Source: Fibrobacterales bacterium
GTDB taxonomy: Bacteria > Fibrobacterota > Fibrobacteria > Fibrobacterales > JAOPTW01
DNA length: 26,015 nt
Direction: 5' to 3'
NCBI GenBank assembly: GCA_051532055.1
Contig: JAOPTX010000082.1
Location: 1 to 26,015, forward strand
Shown: in pieces, positions 1 through 10,900 of the stretch
Position numbering within the stretch: position 1 is the stretch's first letter
Layout: each line of letters starts with the position of its first letter
Position numbers and translations under genes: made by a program
Notes under the pieces: generated by a model
What the model was told of the DNA's origin: nothing
What the model saw: only the letters and a program-made list of their open reading frames with translations
Databases searched by the model: none

Positions 1-1503
1 ATCGTTAATATTTTTGAAACCATCCATATCTACAAAAAGGACTCCAACCAGCTTCTTATTACGCTTCGCAGATTCAAGTGCCATTGTTAAACGGTCCTGT
101 GCTACATTTAAATTGGGTACGTGAGTAAGTGAATCGTGAGTAGCCATGTATTGAATTTTTTGTTCATACTCTTTCCGCTGAGTTATCTCCTGATGCGTGC
201 CGCACATCAACAGTGGCTTCCCCTCCTCAGTCCAGGTAAAAACTTTTCCCCGGCCAAACATCCAGACCCAATGCCCGTTTTTATGGCGCATACGTAGTTC
301 ACAGTCATAAAAATCAAGCTCTCTACGAAAATTCTTCTTAAGAATTTCTTCCGAAATTTTGAGATCATCTGGATGGGCAAATTTCATCCAATTATCAATG
401 TTCACTGGGGAGAGCTCTTCGAGGGTATACCCTATTATTCCAGCCCAACGCTCGTTTAATACCGTTTCTCCAGTCTGTACATTCCACTCCCATGTCCCCA
501 CATTTGTTCCTTCAAGAATATACGCAAGTCGCTGCCGTTCTTTTGCCAGGGTCTCTTCGGTACTCAGATGCTCTGCAACTTCAACCTGCAATAATTCATT
601 GTAGCGTGTCGACTTATTTTTTACTTCTACTGCTTTTTGATACAAATAAATTACCACCGATAATAGAAGTGAAATCACCATTCCTACAACAAAAACCAAT
701 TCCGGGAACATAGTGTGACTTTCACGTAAGAATTGTTTAGTAGGGCGAGTAATTATGCTGAATTTTGTGCCATAGCTCTGAAAACTTGTCGTTACATCGT
801 AAGAACTATCTTGTAATGCTGACCAACCGATATCAGAAAATATACGTTCGTTATTCATAAACACTTGTGAAATATATTCTTTTTGAATTCCATGAAATTC
901 TAATTCACCCAGAAGTTGCTCTAACCACTCCTGAGTATTAAAAACAGCCAATACAAATCCGTCAAATATTTCATTAACATACAAAGGGTTATACACTAAA
1001 AAACCCTGTCCTCCCTGTACTAATGTTATTGGTGATGACACCGTTGGTGCTCTTTTATTGCGTGCTTTGTTTAAAGCATTGATCCGGTTCTCCTCAAATG
1101 CAAGATTTAACCCTTGTGCCGCTTCGTTACCAAGAAGAGGAATAACCCATTGTACGGTATAGCTACTATCTACCCACTCTATAGCCTGATATCCCGGATA
1201 ATCATGCTCATAGTTCTGTGCATCATGTGCAAATGTCTCTTTGGTTGTTCCCTTTACTATTCCCCATCGAAATGCAATGCGCTGCAATACCTTTATTCTC
1301 TCATCAATATCATTTTTTATAAGCAAATATTCTTTTTGATTTGCAATTTCGACAGAACGAACCCGAGACCAGCTTTCCTGTTCTTCTATAGCCCATGCTA
1401 TTACTGTAACGAGAGCTGAAAATACCAATGTAACACAAATGAGTATTACCCGGTAGGTTCGCCTTTTCTGGTATAACACCTTACTTTCCTTCAGATCCTT
1501 CAT
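1..1503 (-). CDS. Membrane-bound CHASE-PAS-GGDEF diguanylate cyclase-like protein, 3' end truncated by window edge
   Basis: Manual translation from ATG at 1503 (MKDLKESKVLYQKRRTYRVILICVTLVFSALVTVIAW) stays open to base 1. It shows a TM helix, CHASE-like segment (YPGYQAIEWVD...GNEAAQGLNLAFEENR...PITLVQGGQGFLVY), second TM, PAS (GTWEWNVQTGETVFNERWA...HPDD...RMRHKNGHWVW) and GGDEF-domain start (ATHDSLTHVPN...VLFVDMDGFKNIND). The GGDEF motif itself is outside the window. Confidence 0.9.
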   Translation of the reverse strand, partial: MKDLKESKVLYQKRRTYRVILICVTLVFSALVTVIAWAIEEQESWSRVRSVEIANQKEYLLIKNDIDERIKVLQRIAFRWGIVKGTTKETFAHDAQNYEHDYPGYQAIEWVDSSYTVQWVIPLLGNEAAQGLNLAFEENRINALNKARNKRAPTVSSPITLVQGGQGFLVYNPLYVNEIFDGFVLAVFNTQEWLEQLLGELEFHGIQKEYISQVFMNNERIFSDIGWSALQDSSYDVTTSFQSYGTKFSIITRPTKQFLRESHTMFPELVFVVGMVISLLLSVVIYLYQKAVEVKNKSTRYNELLQVEVAEHLSTEETLAKERQRLAYILEGTNVGTWEWNVQTGETVLNERWAGIIGYTLEELSPVNIDNWMKFAHPDDLKISEEILKKNFRRELDFYDCELRMRHKNGHWVWMFGRGKVFTWTEEGKPLLMCGTHQEITQRKEYEQKIQYMATHDSLTHVPNLNVAQDRLTMALESAKRNKKLVGVLFVDMDGFKNIND

Positions 1504-1716
1504 ATATGTATGAGTATATCACAAAACATATATTTAGACAACCGGTACAAAGGACAATTTAGATACGTTGAATATGCGTATAGTCGCGCTGGGGGGGCAC
1601 TTTCTATTGTAGTTTCACTTCTATCACATGCAATTATTGAATAAGCGACACGATACAGAAACTAAGTTATAGTTGAGCACAGGTATGTATTGGTTTTCGA
1701 GGGAAGAAAGAGGCCA

Positions 1717-2112
1717 TTATTGGATTTGCTCAACAAACCTTATCAAGTATCCATCGGGGTCTTTATATATGATTTCCCTTAATGTTGCCTTTCCATCTGC
1801 GACATCATATGTTTGATCGAACGGACCTAAAAATATGGAATCCCTTGAATCATCTTTTATAATCTCTTCTATATAAGATGTCTTAAAAGTAAGATGCATT
1901 CCTTGTCCAAAAGGGTGTGAAATACTTCCATTAACCCAAGAGTCATTTTTTAGCTCGTTAATCATAAGTTGACCTCCCTCTTTGTTTAGGAAGTAAAACC
2001 CATCATCTTTTCTATCAAAGAGTATTTCGAAGCCAAGCATCTCAGTATAAAAGTCTAAGCTTTTTAAAACATTCGACACAAGTAATTCTGGTATTAAGCT
2101 ATTGAATTCCAT
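1717..2112 (-). CDS. VOC family protein (glyoxalase/bleomycin-resistance-like)
   Basis: LIPELLVSNVLKSLDFYTEMLGF at the N-terminus and REIIYKDPDGYLIRF at the C-terminus are typical VOC motifs; GAGG RBS before ATG. Confidence 0.88.
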   Translation of the reverse strand: MEFNSLIPELLVSNVLKSLDFYTEMLGFEILFDRKDDGFYFLNKEGGQLMINELKNDSWVNGSISHPFGQGMHLTFKTSYIEEIIKDDSRDSIFLGPFDQTYDVADGKATLREIIYKDPDGYLIRFVEQIQ

Positions 2113-2231
2113 GGTTCCTCTATTGTTGGTAAATTAAAGATGTTTGCTCTCAAACATTGCCATATTACGTATGTATTAACTATCTAAAAGAACGTTTTGG
2201 TATACATTATTTCAAGTGGAGCATTCAAACC

Positions 2232-2441
2232 TTACTGTGTGTTAGCAACAACATTAAGGGCTATTCCTATGATTGCTAATACAAAGCCAACTCTATTTAT
2301 TATGAGCTCAGTCTTTGATAGACTCGCTTTACTTGCCCAGAATTTTATAAGAGCTGAAAAATCTTTGGTTCGAATAATGTATAGCGTAAGTGACAAGATG
2401 AGTAATACTACTCCAAGTGGGAAAACATATTGAGTAATCAT
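2232..2441 (-). CDS. Small hypothetical membrane protein with two predicted TM helices
   Basis: 69 aa, two hydrophobic stretches (VFPLGVVLLILSLTLYII; VGFVLAIIGIAL), AAGGA RBS just upstream, same orientation as neighbours. Confidence 0.6.
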   Translation of the reverse strand: MITQYVFPLGVVLLILSLTLYIIRTKDFSALIKFWASKASLSKTELIINRVGFVLAIIGIALNVVANTQ

Positions 2442-2784
2442 AAATCCTTTAATCTTTTCTTAAGGGGACAATATAACCTCCCCTAAAACACATGTATAAC
2501 TCTTATCATACAGACGTTAAGTTTATACCATACAAAATACCAATTTCACCAACAGATCCCAGCCCCTATATTCCAGCACCTCCTATTGTTTGTTCGTGCG
2601 GCACTTTCACCCGTTCGGTCACTTTGTCTTTCGTAATGACAAAACCAAAGACAACGATTTCAGTAGCCAATATCTGAGAACACGATATTTAAAAACTAAA
2701 CGAAAACAAACAAATTCGGACGATAATTCAAGCGGCCAGGAGGATGTGGCATAAGTATCACAATACTACAACTCACCCCTATGT

Positions 2785-2819
2785 AAAAAGGATCTGTTTA
2801 TTGAACAGATCCTTTTTTT
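2785..2819. terminator. Intrinsic terminator downstream of the GH5 gene (potentially bidirectional)
   Basis: AAAAAGGATCTGTT-tattg-AACAGATCCTTTTT perfect inverted repeat with A/T tracts on both sides, about 40 nt past the GH5 stop. Confidence 0.85.
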
Positions 2820-2857
2820 AATTTGTGGTGCTACCCTTAATCCTGAAGACATTCTGC

Positions 2858-4375
2858 CTAATGCAAATTATTGGCAATCTCATTAAACGACCGACCGTTC
2901 CGGTCATAAATCCCAAACCAGCCTGCATCATCCCAAACAGAATAGGGAGTGTTCCATTTTTTGAGTGCACTGGTAACAATATCATAATACGCCACAGCCG
3001 CCCCCCAGTCACGACCTTTTTCATTATTGCTGTGCATCACACCAAACTCACCGCAATAGGCAGGAATACCCAGTGTCCCTTGTACCCATGCTAATATAGT
3101 GTCCATGTCAGACCAAATCTGCCCATGGCTCCACCAGGCATATTCAAACTCATGGGTAAACGAAATCGGATCATAGTAGTGAAACTGCACCATAGTATAA
3201 TCATCAATAGGAAACGAAACATTATACAAGTCCTTCCAATGTCCCCAGTTACCGGCACCTGCAATAATGACCCGTTGAGGATTTGTTGCACGAATAGTTG
3301 GGAAGAGTGCATGATTCATATCAGTCACTTCACCAGCGCCCATTGCGCCTCGTGGTTCATTAAACAGCTCAAAAACCAGATTCTCATTTTTACCTTTAAA
3401 ACGCTCTGCAACCTGACTCCAGATATAGAAGAGTTTGTCTTTGTTGCCCCAGTAGTTATCAATAACCCAGTTTTCATGATGCGCATTTATAATGGTAACC
3501 AACCCCCGTGAGAGCGACCAATCAACCACCTGCTCCACTCTATCTATAAACCCCTTGTCTATGGTACCGTTACCATCAATATGATTCCCCCATTTTATGG
3601 GTATTCTCACATTTTTAAATCCATTACTTTTGTAATCATCAAAAAAGTACGGCTCAGCAGCTTTTGCCCATGCTCCTTCAGTAGGAGCTTCGAGTGTATT
3701 CCCCATATTGATCCCCTTCCCCATGCGCGCAGCCATATCCCAGTTCGATACGGCTTTAAAAGAACGGTTTGGGTCCTCATCGCCCCACTCAGAATTTCTA
3801 CTCTCATCTTTCGCAGGAGGTGCCGGTTGTTCAGAAGTATCATTCTCAGCAGTATTCTGTTCTTCCTCTTCCTCTGCCTCTTCCCGACTCTCAAGATACC
3901 CCTCAATACTGGCAATCACCCTAACACGGTCATATGTTCCTTGAGCCTTTTGATCTTCTATATATTGTTCTATATATTTTCGTGTTCCCGTATCAACATC
4001 AAACTGATCGAGGTCTATCTCGTCATACTGCTCTTCTTGTTTTTCTGATTCATTACTTGTTGAGGATTCAAGATCTTCATCCGCATCTGATGCATCCTGA
4101 TTTTGCTCCCGGAGAGTAGTATCCATTTTACGGGATACCGCGCCCAATGTCTCACTATCATTTTTGGGTTCATTCTCAGAAGTGCTTTCCTGCTCCTCAC
4201 CCTCATCATCATCCATTACCGATTCTGAATCTCGTTCCCCTGAATCAGACTCTGTTGATCCCAGTTCTTCATCAGTAGTATTAACCGCTTCTATTGATAA
4301 GGAATCGGGTGAGCTACACCCTACAAATAACACCATAGTGGCTAATAAATACGATATAACAACAAATAGATACAT
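2858..4375 (-). CDS. Glycoside hydrolase family 5 lipoprotein (endoglucanase/mannanase-like) with long acidic N-terminal region
   Basis: Lipobox-like LFVG-C; GH5 motifs GINMGNTLEAP, VRIPIKW, IINAHH, FELFNEP (acid/base Glu), QFHYYDP, YCGEFG (nucleophile Glu), WDD; AAGGGG RBS. Confidence 0.93.
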   Translation of the reverse strand: MYLFVVISYLLATMVLFVGCSSPDSLSIEAVNTTDEELGSTESDSGERDSESVMDDDEGEEQESTSENEPKNDSETLGAVSRKMDTTLREQNQDASDADEDLESSTSNESEKQEEQYDEIDLDQFDVDTGTRKYIEQYIEDQKAQGTYDRVRVIASIEGYLESREEAEEEEEQNTAENDTSEQPAPPAKDESRNSEWGDEDPNRSFKAVSNWDMAARMGKGINMGNTLEAPTEGAWAKAAEPYFFDDYKSNGFKNVRIPIKWGNHIDGNGTIDKGFIDRVEQVVDWSLSRGLVTIINAHHENWVIDNYWGNKDKLFYIWSQVAERFKGKNENLVFELFNEPRGAMGAGEVTDMNHALFPTIRATNPQRVIIAGAGNWGHWKDLYNVSFPIDDYTMVQFHYYDPISFTHEFEYAWWSHGQIWSDMDTILAWVQGTLGIPAYCGEFGVMHSNNEKGRDWGAAVAYYDIVTSALKKWNTPYSVWDDAGWFGIYDRNGRSFNEIANNLH

Positions 4376-4440
4376 TTGTTCCCCTTGATTATATTTCGAT
4401 AACTGTGACGTGTGTGGTATTAATATATACTGTATAGACC

Positions 4441-4463
4441 TATAGTGTCACTATGACACTATA
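4441..4463. promoter_or_regulatory. Palindromic candidate operator in divergent intergenic region
   Basis: Perfect 10-bp inverted repeat TATAGTGTCA-cta-TGACACTATA between the divergently transcribed GH5 gene and the 4655 gene; no U-tract. Confidence 0.5.
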
Positions 4464-4654
4464 CATTTACAATTCTTTACATTCAAGAGGTGGTGTTGGT
4501 GATTAAAAGGGATTATGAGGGTACGAAATTGACCAAACATCTCATAATTTGTACGTTAGGCATAGTGCATTCACGCCTATGCTGAGAAATCGAAATGTAT
4601 TACAATAGCATTCCTTCTCATTATTTGCGCCCCTTTTACTCCACTAGGAAAACT

Positions 4655-4939
4655 ATGAAATTGTTATTTGGTATAACCCTAATATTCACCCTTATCTCAC
4701 TGGTTGCATGTGGTCAATGCAATGACACTAAGGGTACAACGCATGAACAAGACTACACTTCAAAAAAAATCACTGGTACCTTTAAATCAATTATGGTTGG
4801 AAAAATGAATCATACATTAACCATGATTAATGATTCAACGGTAGAAATAACGTATAGAGAGAACGATGACGATATTACCTTAGTATATGCTCTTGAAAAT
4901 GATGACACCTATGAGTGGGAAGAGAGGGTCGCACAATGA
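4655..4939 (+). CDS. Small hypothetical lipoprotein
   Basis: Start reassigned to ATG 4655 (AGGA upstream): MKLLFGITLIFTLISLVA-C lipobox; stop overlaps next start (ATGA). Confidence 0.7.
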   Translation: MKLLFGITLIFTLISLVACGQCNDTKGTTHEQDYTSKKITGTFKSIMVGKMNHTLTMINDSTVEITYRENDDDITLVYALENDDTYEWEERVAQ

Positions 4940-5265
4940 ATATGCTAAAAAAGGTACTCACCGTACTCGCAATACCAGCCCTTGTCTTTGCCGATGCCAT
5001 TCCGCAATGCATTCCCGGTGGTGAATATGACGTAAACAAAATGACTTTTTCAAAAAAGTACCTCACGCTTAAAGAGGTTAAAAAGAACGGTAAAACCGTA
5101 GAGCTCAACTCTCTCAATGACCTTATAATCTATAATGCCAATAAAAAAATCCCGAAAGAAGTATCTGAGCTAATGGTCGCACAAGAGAGCGTTGAAGATG
5201 ACGAAATATGGACCTTTAAACTTTTTAACAGTTCCGGTATTGTATTTGAATTTGTAAGAAAGTAA
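4936..5265 (+). CDS. Small hypothetical exported protein
   Basis: MNMLKKVLTVLAIPALVFA-D signal peptide; ATGA overlap with preceding gene and GAGGG RBS. Confidence 0.7.
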   Translation: MNMLKKVLTVLAIPALVFADAIPQCIPGGEYDVNKMTFSKKYLTLKEVKKNGKTVELNSLNDLIIYNANKKIPKEVSELMVAQESVEDDEIWTFKLFNSSGIVFEFVRK

Positions 5266-5305
5266 GGGTACTAAAACACACAAAATCTACCAGTCTTCTT
5301 TTTTT

Positions 5306-5347
5306 AGACTATAACGATATCGACTCAAAAAAGATACGTTATAGTCT
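5306..5347. terminator. Stem-loop after the two-gene operon, probable terminator
   Basis: AGACTATAACG...CGTTATAGTCT 11-bp inverted repeat followed by a short T run. Confidence 0.5.
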
Positions 5348-5595
5348 TTAACACTACCCCAATCATACTTTTCAATCACACGGTCATTAATTACTGATTC
5401 GTAACCGTGACATACATTTTAATTAGGCTATCACGATACCGAGAATGAATTATGAACATTAATTCACAATTAAAAACCAATTGTGTTCTTTAACTTTGAA
5501 TTGTGATTTTGCGTTCACAATTACATTTTCTCTCATTTCAATTGATAATATTGTTTCATACAAATCAATACATCAGAATAAAGGAAGAGTGTAAC

Positions 5596-7683
5596 ATGAA
5601 ACAATTGGGAATAAAAAAAGGACTCTACTCAGCTATTAAAGGAGCCTGTCTTTTATCTGCACTTGCTATCAATGCAAATGCGGCAGTTTTTACAGTTAAC
5701 AGTTTTGGGGATGCTGTTGATGCACTCCCTGGGGACGGCATTTGTGCAGATGTCTCTGGAGATTGTACACTTCGTGCAGCTATTGATGAATCAAACATTT
5801 CTGCGGGCGCAGATCAAATTACACTTCCAGCAGGCACAATCGCTATTGAATTAACAGGACATCAAGAAGACGCGAATGCAACCGGTGACTTTGACATCAC
5901 TGGTGAATTAACCATAAACGGTTCCGACGTTGATCCTACAATTATTGATGCGCAAGAGCTTGACCGTATATTTGATATCGCTGAAGGGTCAAAAATTGCC
6001 CTCAATAACATTTCACTTATTAATGGTAAAGGACCTGTTTTTACAGATAACCAGTCTTATCATGGCGGAGCAATTAGCGTTGTAGCAGCTGAACTTACTC
6101 TAACTGATTGTTCATTTAACGCTAATAATTCTGCAGAATCCCACGCAGGTTATGGAAGCGCTGGGGGCGCCATTTACTCTTACAATGCTGTATTAAACAT
6201 AACCAATTCTATTTTTGAAAATAACAGCGCAGGCTATGGAAAAAACTACGGTGCAAAAGGCGGAGCTATCTATAACTCTGGTAGTGGCGATTTGACTATT
6301 ACTGGGTCTCGATTCACTAATAACCATGGGGGAAATTCTGAATCTTTTGGGGGTGACGGATCTGCAATCTATAATGCGGCAGACGATGGGGCGATTACTA
6401 CTATTAGTAACACTGAGTTTTCAGAAAACAAACCAGGTGATGGTACCGGACACTGCGCTGGTGATGCGGCACTCTATGATGACAGTGACGAATCGACACT
6501 CATCATTACCAATAATAGGTTTTTGAACAATGAATCTGCACATGGAGCCAACCCATACCGTTGTTCATACGCCGGTGCAATCTACCTTGAAGGGGATGAC
6601 ACAGAGATCACTATTGATAATAATACTTTCAGCGGTAATGAAGCCGGTGAAGGCGGAGCCATCTATAACGAAGCGTGGCAATCACCACTCATGCTCTCAA
6701 ACAATACTTTTGTTAATAACACCGCTGCATCTGGAGAAGGTGGGGCAGTATATGAATATCTCTATTCTTCAGATGCACAGTACATTAATAATACTTTTAG
6801 TGGTAACACGGCTCGATCTGGTGGAGCACTCTACATTGATACTTATGAAGGAACCGGACTGTTCTCTCATAACACATTTGTGAACAATACTTTGAGTGGG
6901 AGCGGAAATGGAACAGGGATGTATATTACCGACACAGAAGGAGTAACAGTAAGTAACAATATTTTCGCCAACAATGGTGAGAATGTATATGTCTCAGCTG
7001 GCGCTACCCTCTCTGGTTCTGGTAACCTCGCAACCGATGCCTCACTTGAAAACGCAACCGTTACTACTGTTGATGATCTGAAATTGGGCGAATTAAAAAA
7101 CAACGGTGGCCTCACTGAAACATATGAACTGCTAGAGGGAAGCATTGCCATTGATTTTATCGCAGATTGTGATGCAGCAATAACAACTGATCAGCGCGGT
7201 GTGAGCCGTCCACAAGGGAACAGCTGTGATGCCGGTTCTTTTGAAGTTGAACAAGAAAGCTTTTCGGGTACCTATGAAATGGTAAACACCAACAGCCACA
7301 AATGTGTTGATGTCTCTGGAGCAAGCTATGACTGGTCTGCAAATATTCAACAGTGGGATTGTAACAATTCTGGTGCACAGAAATGGGTATTCACTCATGT
7401 TGGTAATGGCTACTACGAAATTATGAATGAAAATTCAGGTCTTTTGATGGATGTATCATGGGGCGGTCAGGAATCTAACGTACAGCAGTGGGGTGATACT
7501 AATGGAGTCAGTCAAAGATGGCAAATAGAATATATTGACAACGGAGCGTATGCACTCCACCCGCAGTCGGACGTCAATGAATGCCTTGACATTGACGGAG
7601 CTTCGAATGATGCTGGTGCCAATGTTCAAGCGTGGGAGTGTAATGGCACTGCTGCTCAAGCCTTTTGGTTGAATAAACTATAA
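5596..7683 (+). CDS. Secreted CSLREA-domain / polymorphic-membrane-repeat beta-helix / choice-of-anchor Q protein with C-terminal ricin-B (CBM13-like) lectin
   Basis: Start at ATG 5596 (AAGGAAG upstream), signal peptide ending ANA; GDCTLRAAIDESN (CSLREA), repeated FxxN...GGAIY, LKNNGGLTETYELLEGSIAID...DQRGVSRPQGNSCDAGSFE (anchor Q), three QxW ricin repeats (IQQWDC, VQQWG, VQAWEC). Confidence 0.9.
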   Translation: MKQLGIKKGLYSAIKGACLLSALAINANAAVFTVNSFGDAVDALPGDGICADVSGDCTLRAAIDESNISAGADQITLPAGTIAIELTGHQEDANATGDFDITGELTINGSDVDPTIIDAQELDRIFDIAEGSKIALNNISLINGKGPVFTDNQSYHGGAISVVAAELTLTDCSFNANNSAESHAGYGSAGGAIYSYNAVLNITNSIFENNSAGYGKNYGAKGGAIYNSGSGDLTITGSRFTNNHGGNSESFGGDGSAIYNAADDGAITTISNTEFSENKPGDGTGHCAGDAALYDDSDESTLIITNNRFLNNESAHGANPYRCSYAGAIYLEGDDTEITIDNNTFSGNEAGEGGAIYNEAWQSPLMLSNNTFVNNTAASGEGGAVYEYLYSSDAQYINNTFSGNTARSGGALYIDTYEGTGLFSHNTFVNNTLSGSGNGTGMYITDTEGVTVSNNIFANNGENVYVSAGATLSGSGNLATDASLENATVTTVDDLKLGELKNNGGLTETYELLEGSIAIDFIADCDAAITTDQRGVSRPQGNSCDAGSFEVEQESFSGTYEMVNTNSHKCVDVSGASYDWSANIQQWDCNNSGAQKWVFTHVGNGYYEIMNENSGLLMDVSWGGQESNVQQWGDTNGVSQRWQIEYIDNGAYALHPQSDVNECLDIDGASNDAGANVQAWECNGTAAQAFWLNKL

Positions 7684-7723
7684 AAATACTCCAGTTATCC
7701 CAAAACCGATAGAGTATCAATAT

Positions 7724-7758
7724 AATAAGGCTGTTTCTATTACTGAAACAGCCTTATT
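7724..7758. terminator. Intrinsic terminator
   Basis: AATAAGGCTGTTTC-tattact-GAAACAGCCTTATT perfect 14-bp stem about 40 nt after the stop at 7683. Confidence 0.8.
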
Positions 7759-7973
7759 TGATTTCTCTTTCATAGTCAATACAGCTTATATCGGTGTACC
7801 TATTCAAGGCTTCTTTCAATTTTTTGCCTTTATTTACCCTATTTAAAACATTCAACTGTGCTTAATGAGTTTACATTAAGTATTCAATTTACTTTTGACC
7901 AAAAAAAACTACCTTTGATTCGCTGGGGAGCGTATGGGATGTATCGAATCTCACACTATACAATGGGAATGTT

Positions 7974-10900
7974 ATGTCAATAGAGTCAAATCGAGAGTTA
8001 TTGGGTGAAAAAATCCACGAAACCTCTCATACAGCAATCTATCAGACTACTCGCGATAGTGATGAGAAGAGCATTGTTCTAAAAGCTCTCAGTAAAAAAT
8101 ACCCTGAAGCCCACGATATTGCCCGCATTAAACGCGAATATGAGATAACCTCCAAGTTACAACATATCGACGGTGTTATCGAAATATATTCCCTGGAAAA
8201 ATACAGCCAAAGTAATTTTGCTATTTCCATGGAGCACTTTGGAGTCTCTTTTGCAGACATCCTGAGATCCGGCAAAACACTCTCTCTAGATTTCTTTTTT
8301 AATAGTGCCATCAAACTGGTTGAAACTCTGGGAGAAATTCACCAGTGTAATATAATTCACAAGGATATTAATCCGACAAATATTTTATGCGACTCCGATA
8401 CCGGTGCAGTCAGGATTATCGACTTTGGTATTTCATCTGAACTCTCAAAAGAGCGTCAGGATATAAACGTATACCAACGCTTGGAAGGGTCACTCCCCTA
8501 TATCTCTCCGGAGCAAACCGGACGCATGAATCGCGACCTTGATTACCGCTCCGACTATTACTCCCTCGGAGTAACCTTTTATGAACTCCTCACCGGGCAT
8601 ACTCCGTTTCAGGCAAATGATATTCTCGGCTGGATACACAGCCATATTACCAAGGTCCCCAATGCGGCTAACCTTACGGGAATGAATGTCCCCATACCAC
8701 TCTGTGACATCATATTAAAGCTATTATCAAAAAATGCAGAGGACCGCTACCAAAGTGCCTATGGTCTCATTTACGACCTTAAGAAAACTCTGGAACAGTG
8801 GAAACAAAAAATCAGTACCCCCTTTGAGTTGGGTCGATTTGATATTTCACATAAATTTCAGATCCCACAAAAGCTCTATGGGCGTGAAGAAGAAGTAAAA
8901 GTGCTTCTGGATGTTTTTGCTGAAGTATCATTTGGTCAGACCGAAATGATTCTAGTATCCGGGTATTCAGGTGTAGGTAAATCTGCCCTAGTACAGGAGA
9001 TACAAAAGCCAATAGTACGCGATGCCGGTTATTTTATAGAGGGCAAGTTCGACATACTGAAAAGCAGTACACCCTATTCTGCCATTACTCAAGCCTTTCA
9101 AAGTCTGGTTCAGCAGTTGCTTGCTCAGCCGGGAGATGTAATCGAGTTTTGGAAAGATATATTACTCAGGGCACTGGGAAGAAACGCCCAGGTATTACTT
9201 GATTTCATTCCCGATCTTGAAATGATTATTGGAGAGCAGCCACCAGTTCCAGCACTCTCCCCTAACGAATCACAAAACAGGTTTCACCACGTATTCCTTG
9301 ATTTTATTAAGGTACTTGCACAAGAAGATCACCCTCTCGTCTTTTTTCTAGATGATCTCCAGTGGGCTGATATTCCATCATTAAACCTGTTAGAAAAAAT
9401 ATTCAAAACCGATACACTGTCACACCTTCTCTGTATTGGTGTGTATAGAAGTAATGAAGTTGAATCGGGGCACCCGCTCCTGCAAACGCTTGATGAGATT
9501 GATAAAGTAAAAGAAGTTAATACACTCATTGTAGAGGCACTGAACGAAGTATCAGTGAGTCAACTTGTTGCCGATTCACTGCAGTGTACCGAAGAAGAGT
9601 CGTATACTCTCAGTGCACTCATTTATTCCAAGACCAAAGGTAACCCATTTTTTATCGGAGAGATGTTAAAGAACCTTTTTAAAGACGGGTCCATCACCTT
9701 TAATAACCAAATTGGAAAATGGGAATGGGATATGACGGAGATCAACAAAGTCTCCATTTCAGACAATGTCATCTCATTCATGGTTGAAAGCCTGCAAAAA
9801 ATATCAACCGATGTACAGAGAGCACTTCAGATTGCTGCATGTATTGGTAACCAGTTCGACCTTAAGACGCTCTCTACCGTTTTGAAATGTACTATGGATG
9901 TGGCTAACCATAAACTTGAAGGGCCACTCAGCCAAGGGCTTATTATCCCGCTTAATGAGAGTTATAAGTTTATTAGCCACACGCCAAGTGGTTCAATGAG
10001 CGACTTGAACCCCCGATATGCCTTTCAACACGACTATATTCATCAGGCCGCCTACGCCCTTGTTAATACAGGAATCGAACAGGTGCACTTAGAGATTGGC
10101 CGGATGCTTTTTTCCAGCACAGCCACCAGAGACCTTGATAAAAGAAAACCAGACATTGTTCGACATCTGAACGTTGGCAGAAACCTGATAACCGACGACA
10201 TTGAACAAGAAGAGCTGGTACAACTTAATCTAGAAGTAGGTCTTCAGGCTAAAAAATCAAATGCATACCCTTCGGCACTTGAATTTGCCGAGATCGGACT
10301 GGGACTTCTTTTTGAAGACCCCTGGGAAAAACAGTACGATGTGACTCTTGCATTAAAAACTCTCTATGTACAGTGCTCCTATCTGATGGGCAGAGATGAG
10401 ATATCCGAAACCACTATTACAGAAATACTTTCACACACAAAGAGCAACCTCGAAAAAGCAGAAACTCTAAACATTCGGTCCTATCAATATATCACACGGG
10501 GCAAACTCGAAAAAGCGATACTCAGTGGTCTGGAAGGTTTATCTCTCTTAGAAACAAAGCTCCCTTACAAGCCGAATAAATTTCGCTTAATGAAAGAGAT
10601 TCTGCACATTAAGCTCCTGCTTCGCAAACATACCATACCAGGCCTTATAAATAATCCGGTTATGAGTGAGCCGATTCCTAAAATGGCGATCCAGCTTCTT
10701 TCCGAGATTTCACCTGCAGCTCTTTTTACCGGTAATGTAAACCTGGTTGCACTTACCACACTTAGACAAGTAGTACTTTCGTTACAATTTGGTAATACTC
10801 CTCAGTCCGCATTTTCATACACCACTTTTGGTGGAATTATCTCTTTTAAATTACGTAACTATTCTTTAGGGTATGAGTTCGGTAAACTCGGCCTCGCTTT

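Noticed and set aside
359..1419. Plus-strand ORFs 359..604, 492..713 and 1114..1419
   Set aside because: Antisense shadows of the CHASE-PAS-GGDEF gene.
2460..2530. Imperfect inverted repeats with GTTATAC/GTATAAC ends upstream of small orphan genes, as possible integron attC sites
   Set aside because: Too short and degenerate, not repeated after the neighbouring genes, and no integrase is present.
2492..2780. 61-aa plus-strand ORF and possible gene remnant in the spacer
   Set aside because: No recognisable motif, RBS or consistent frame on either strand.
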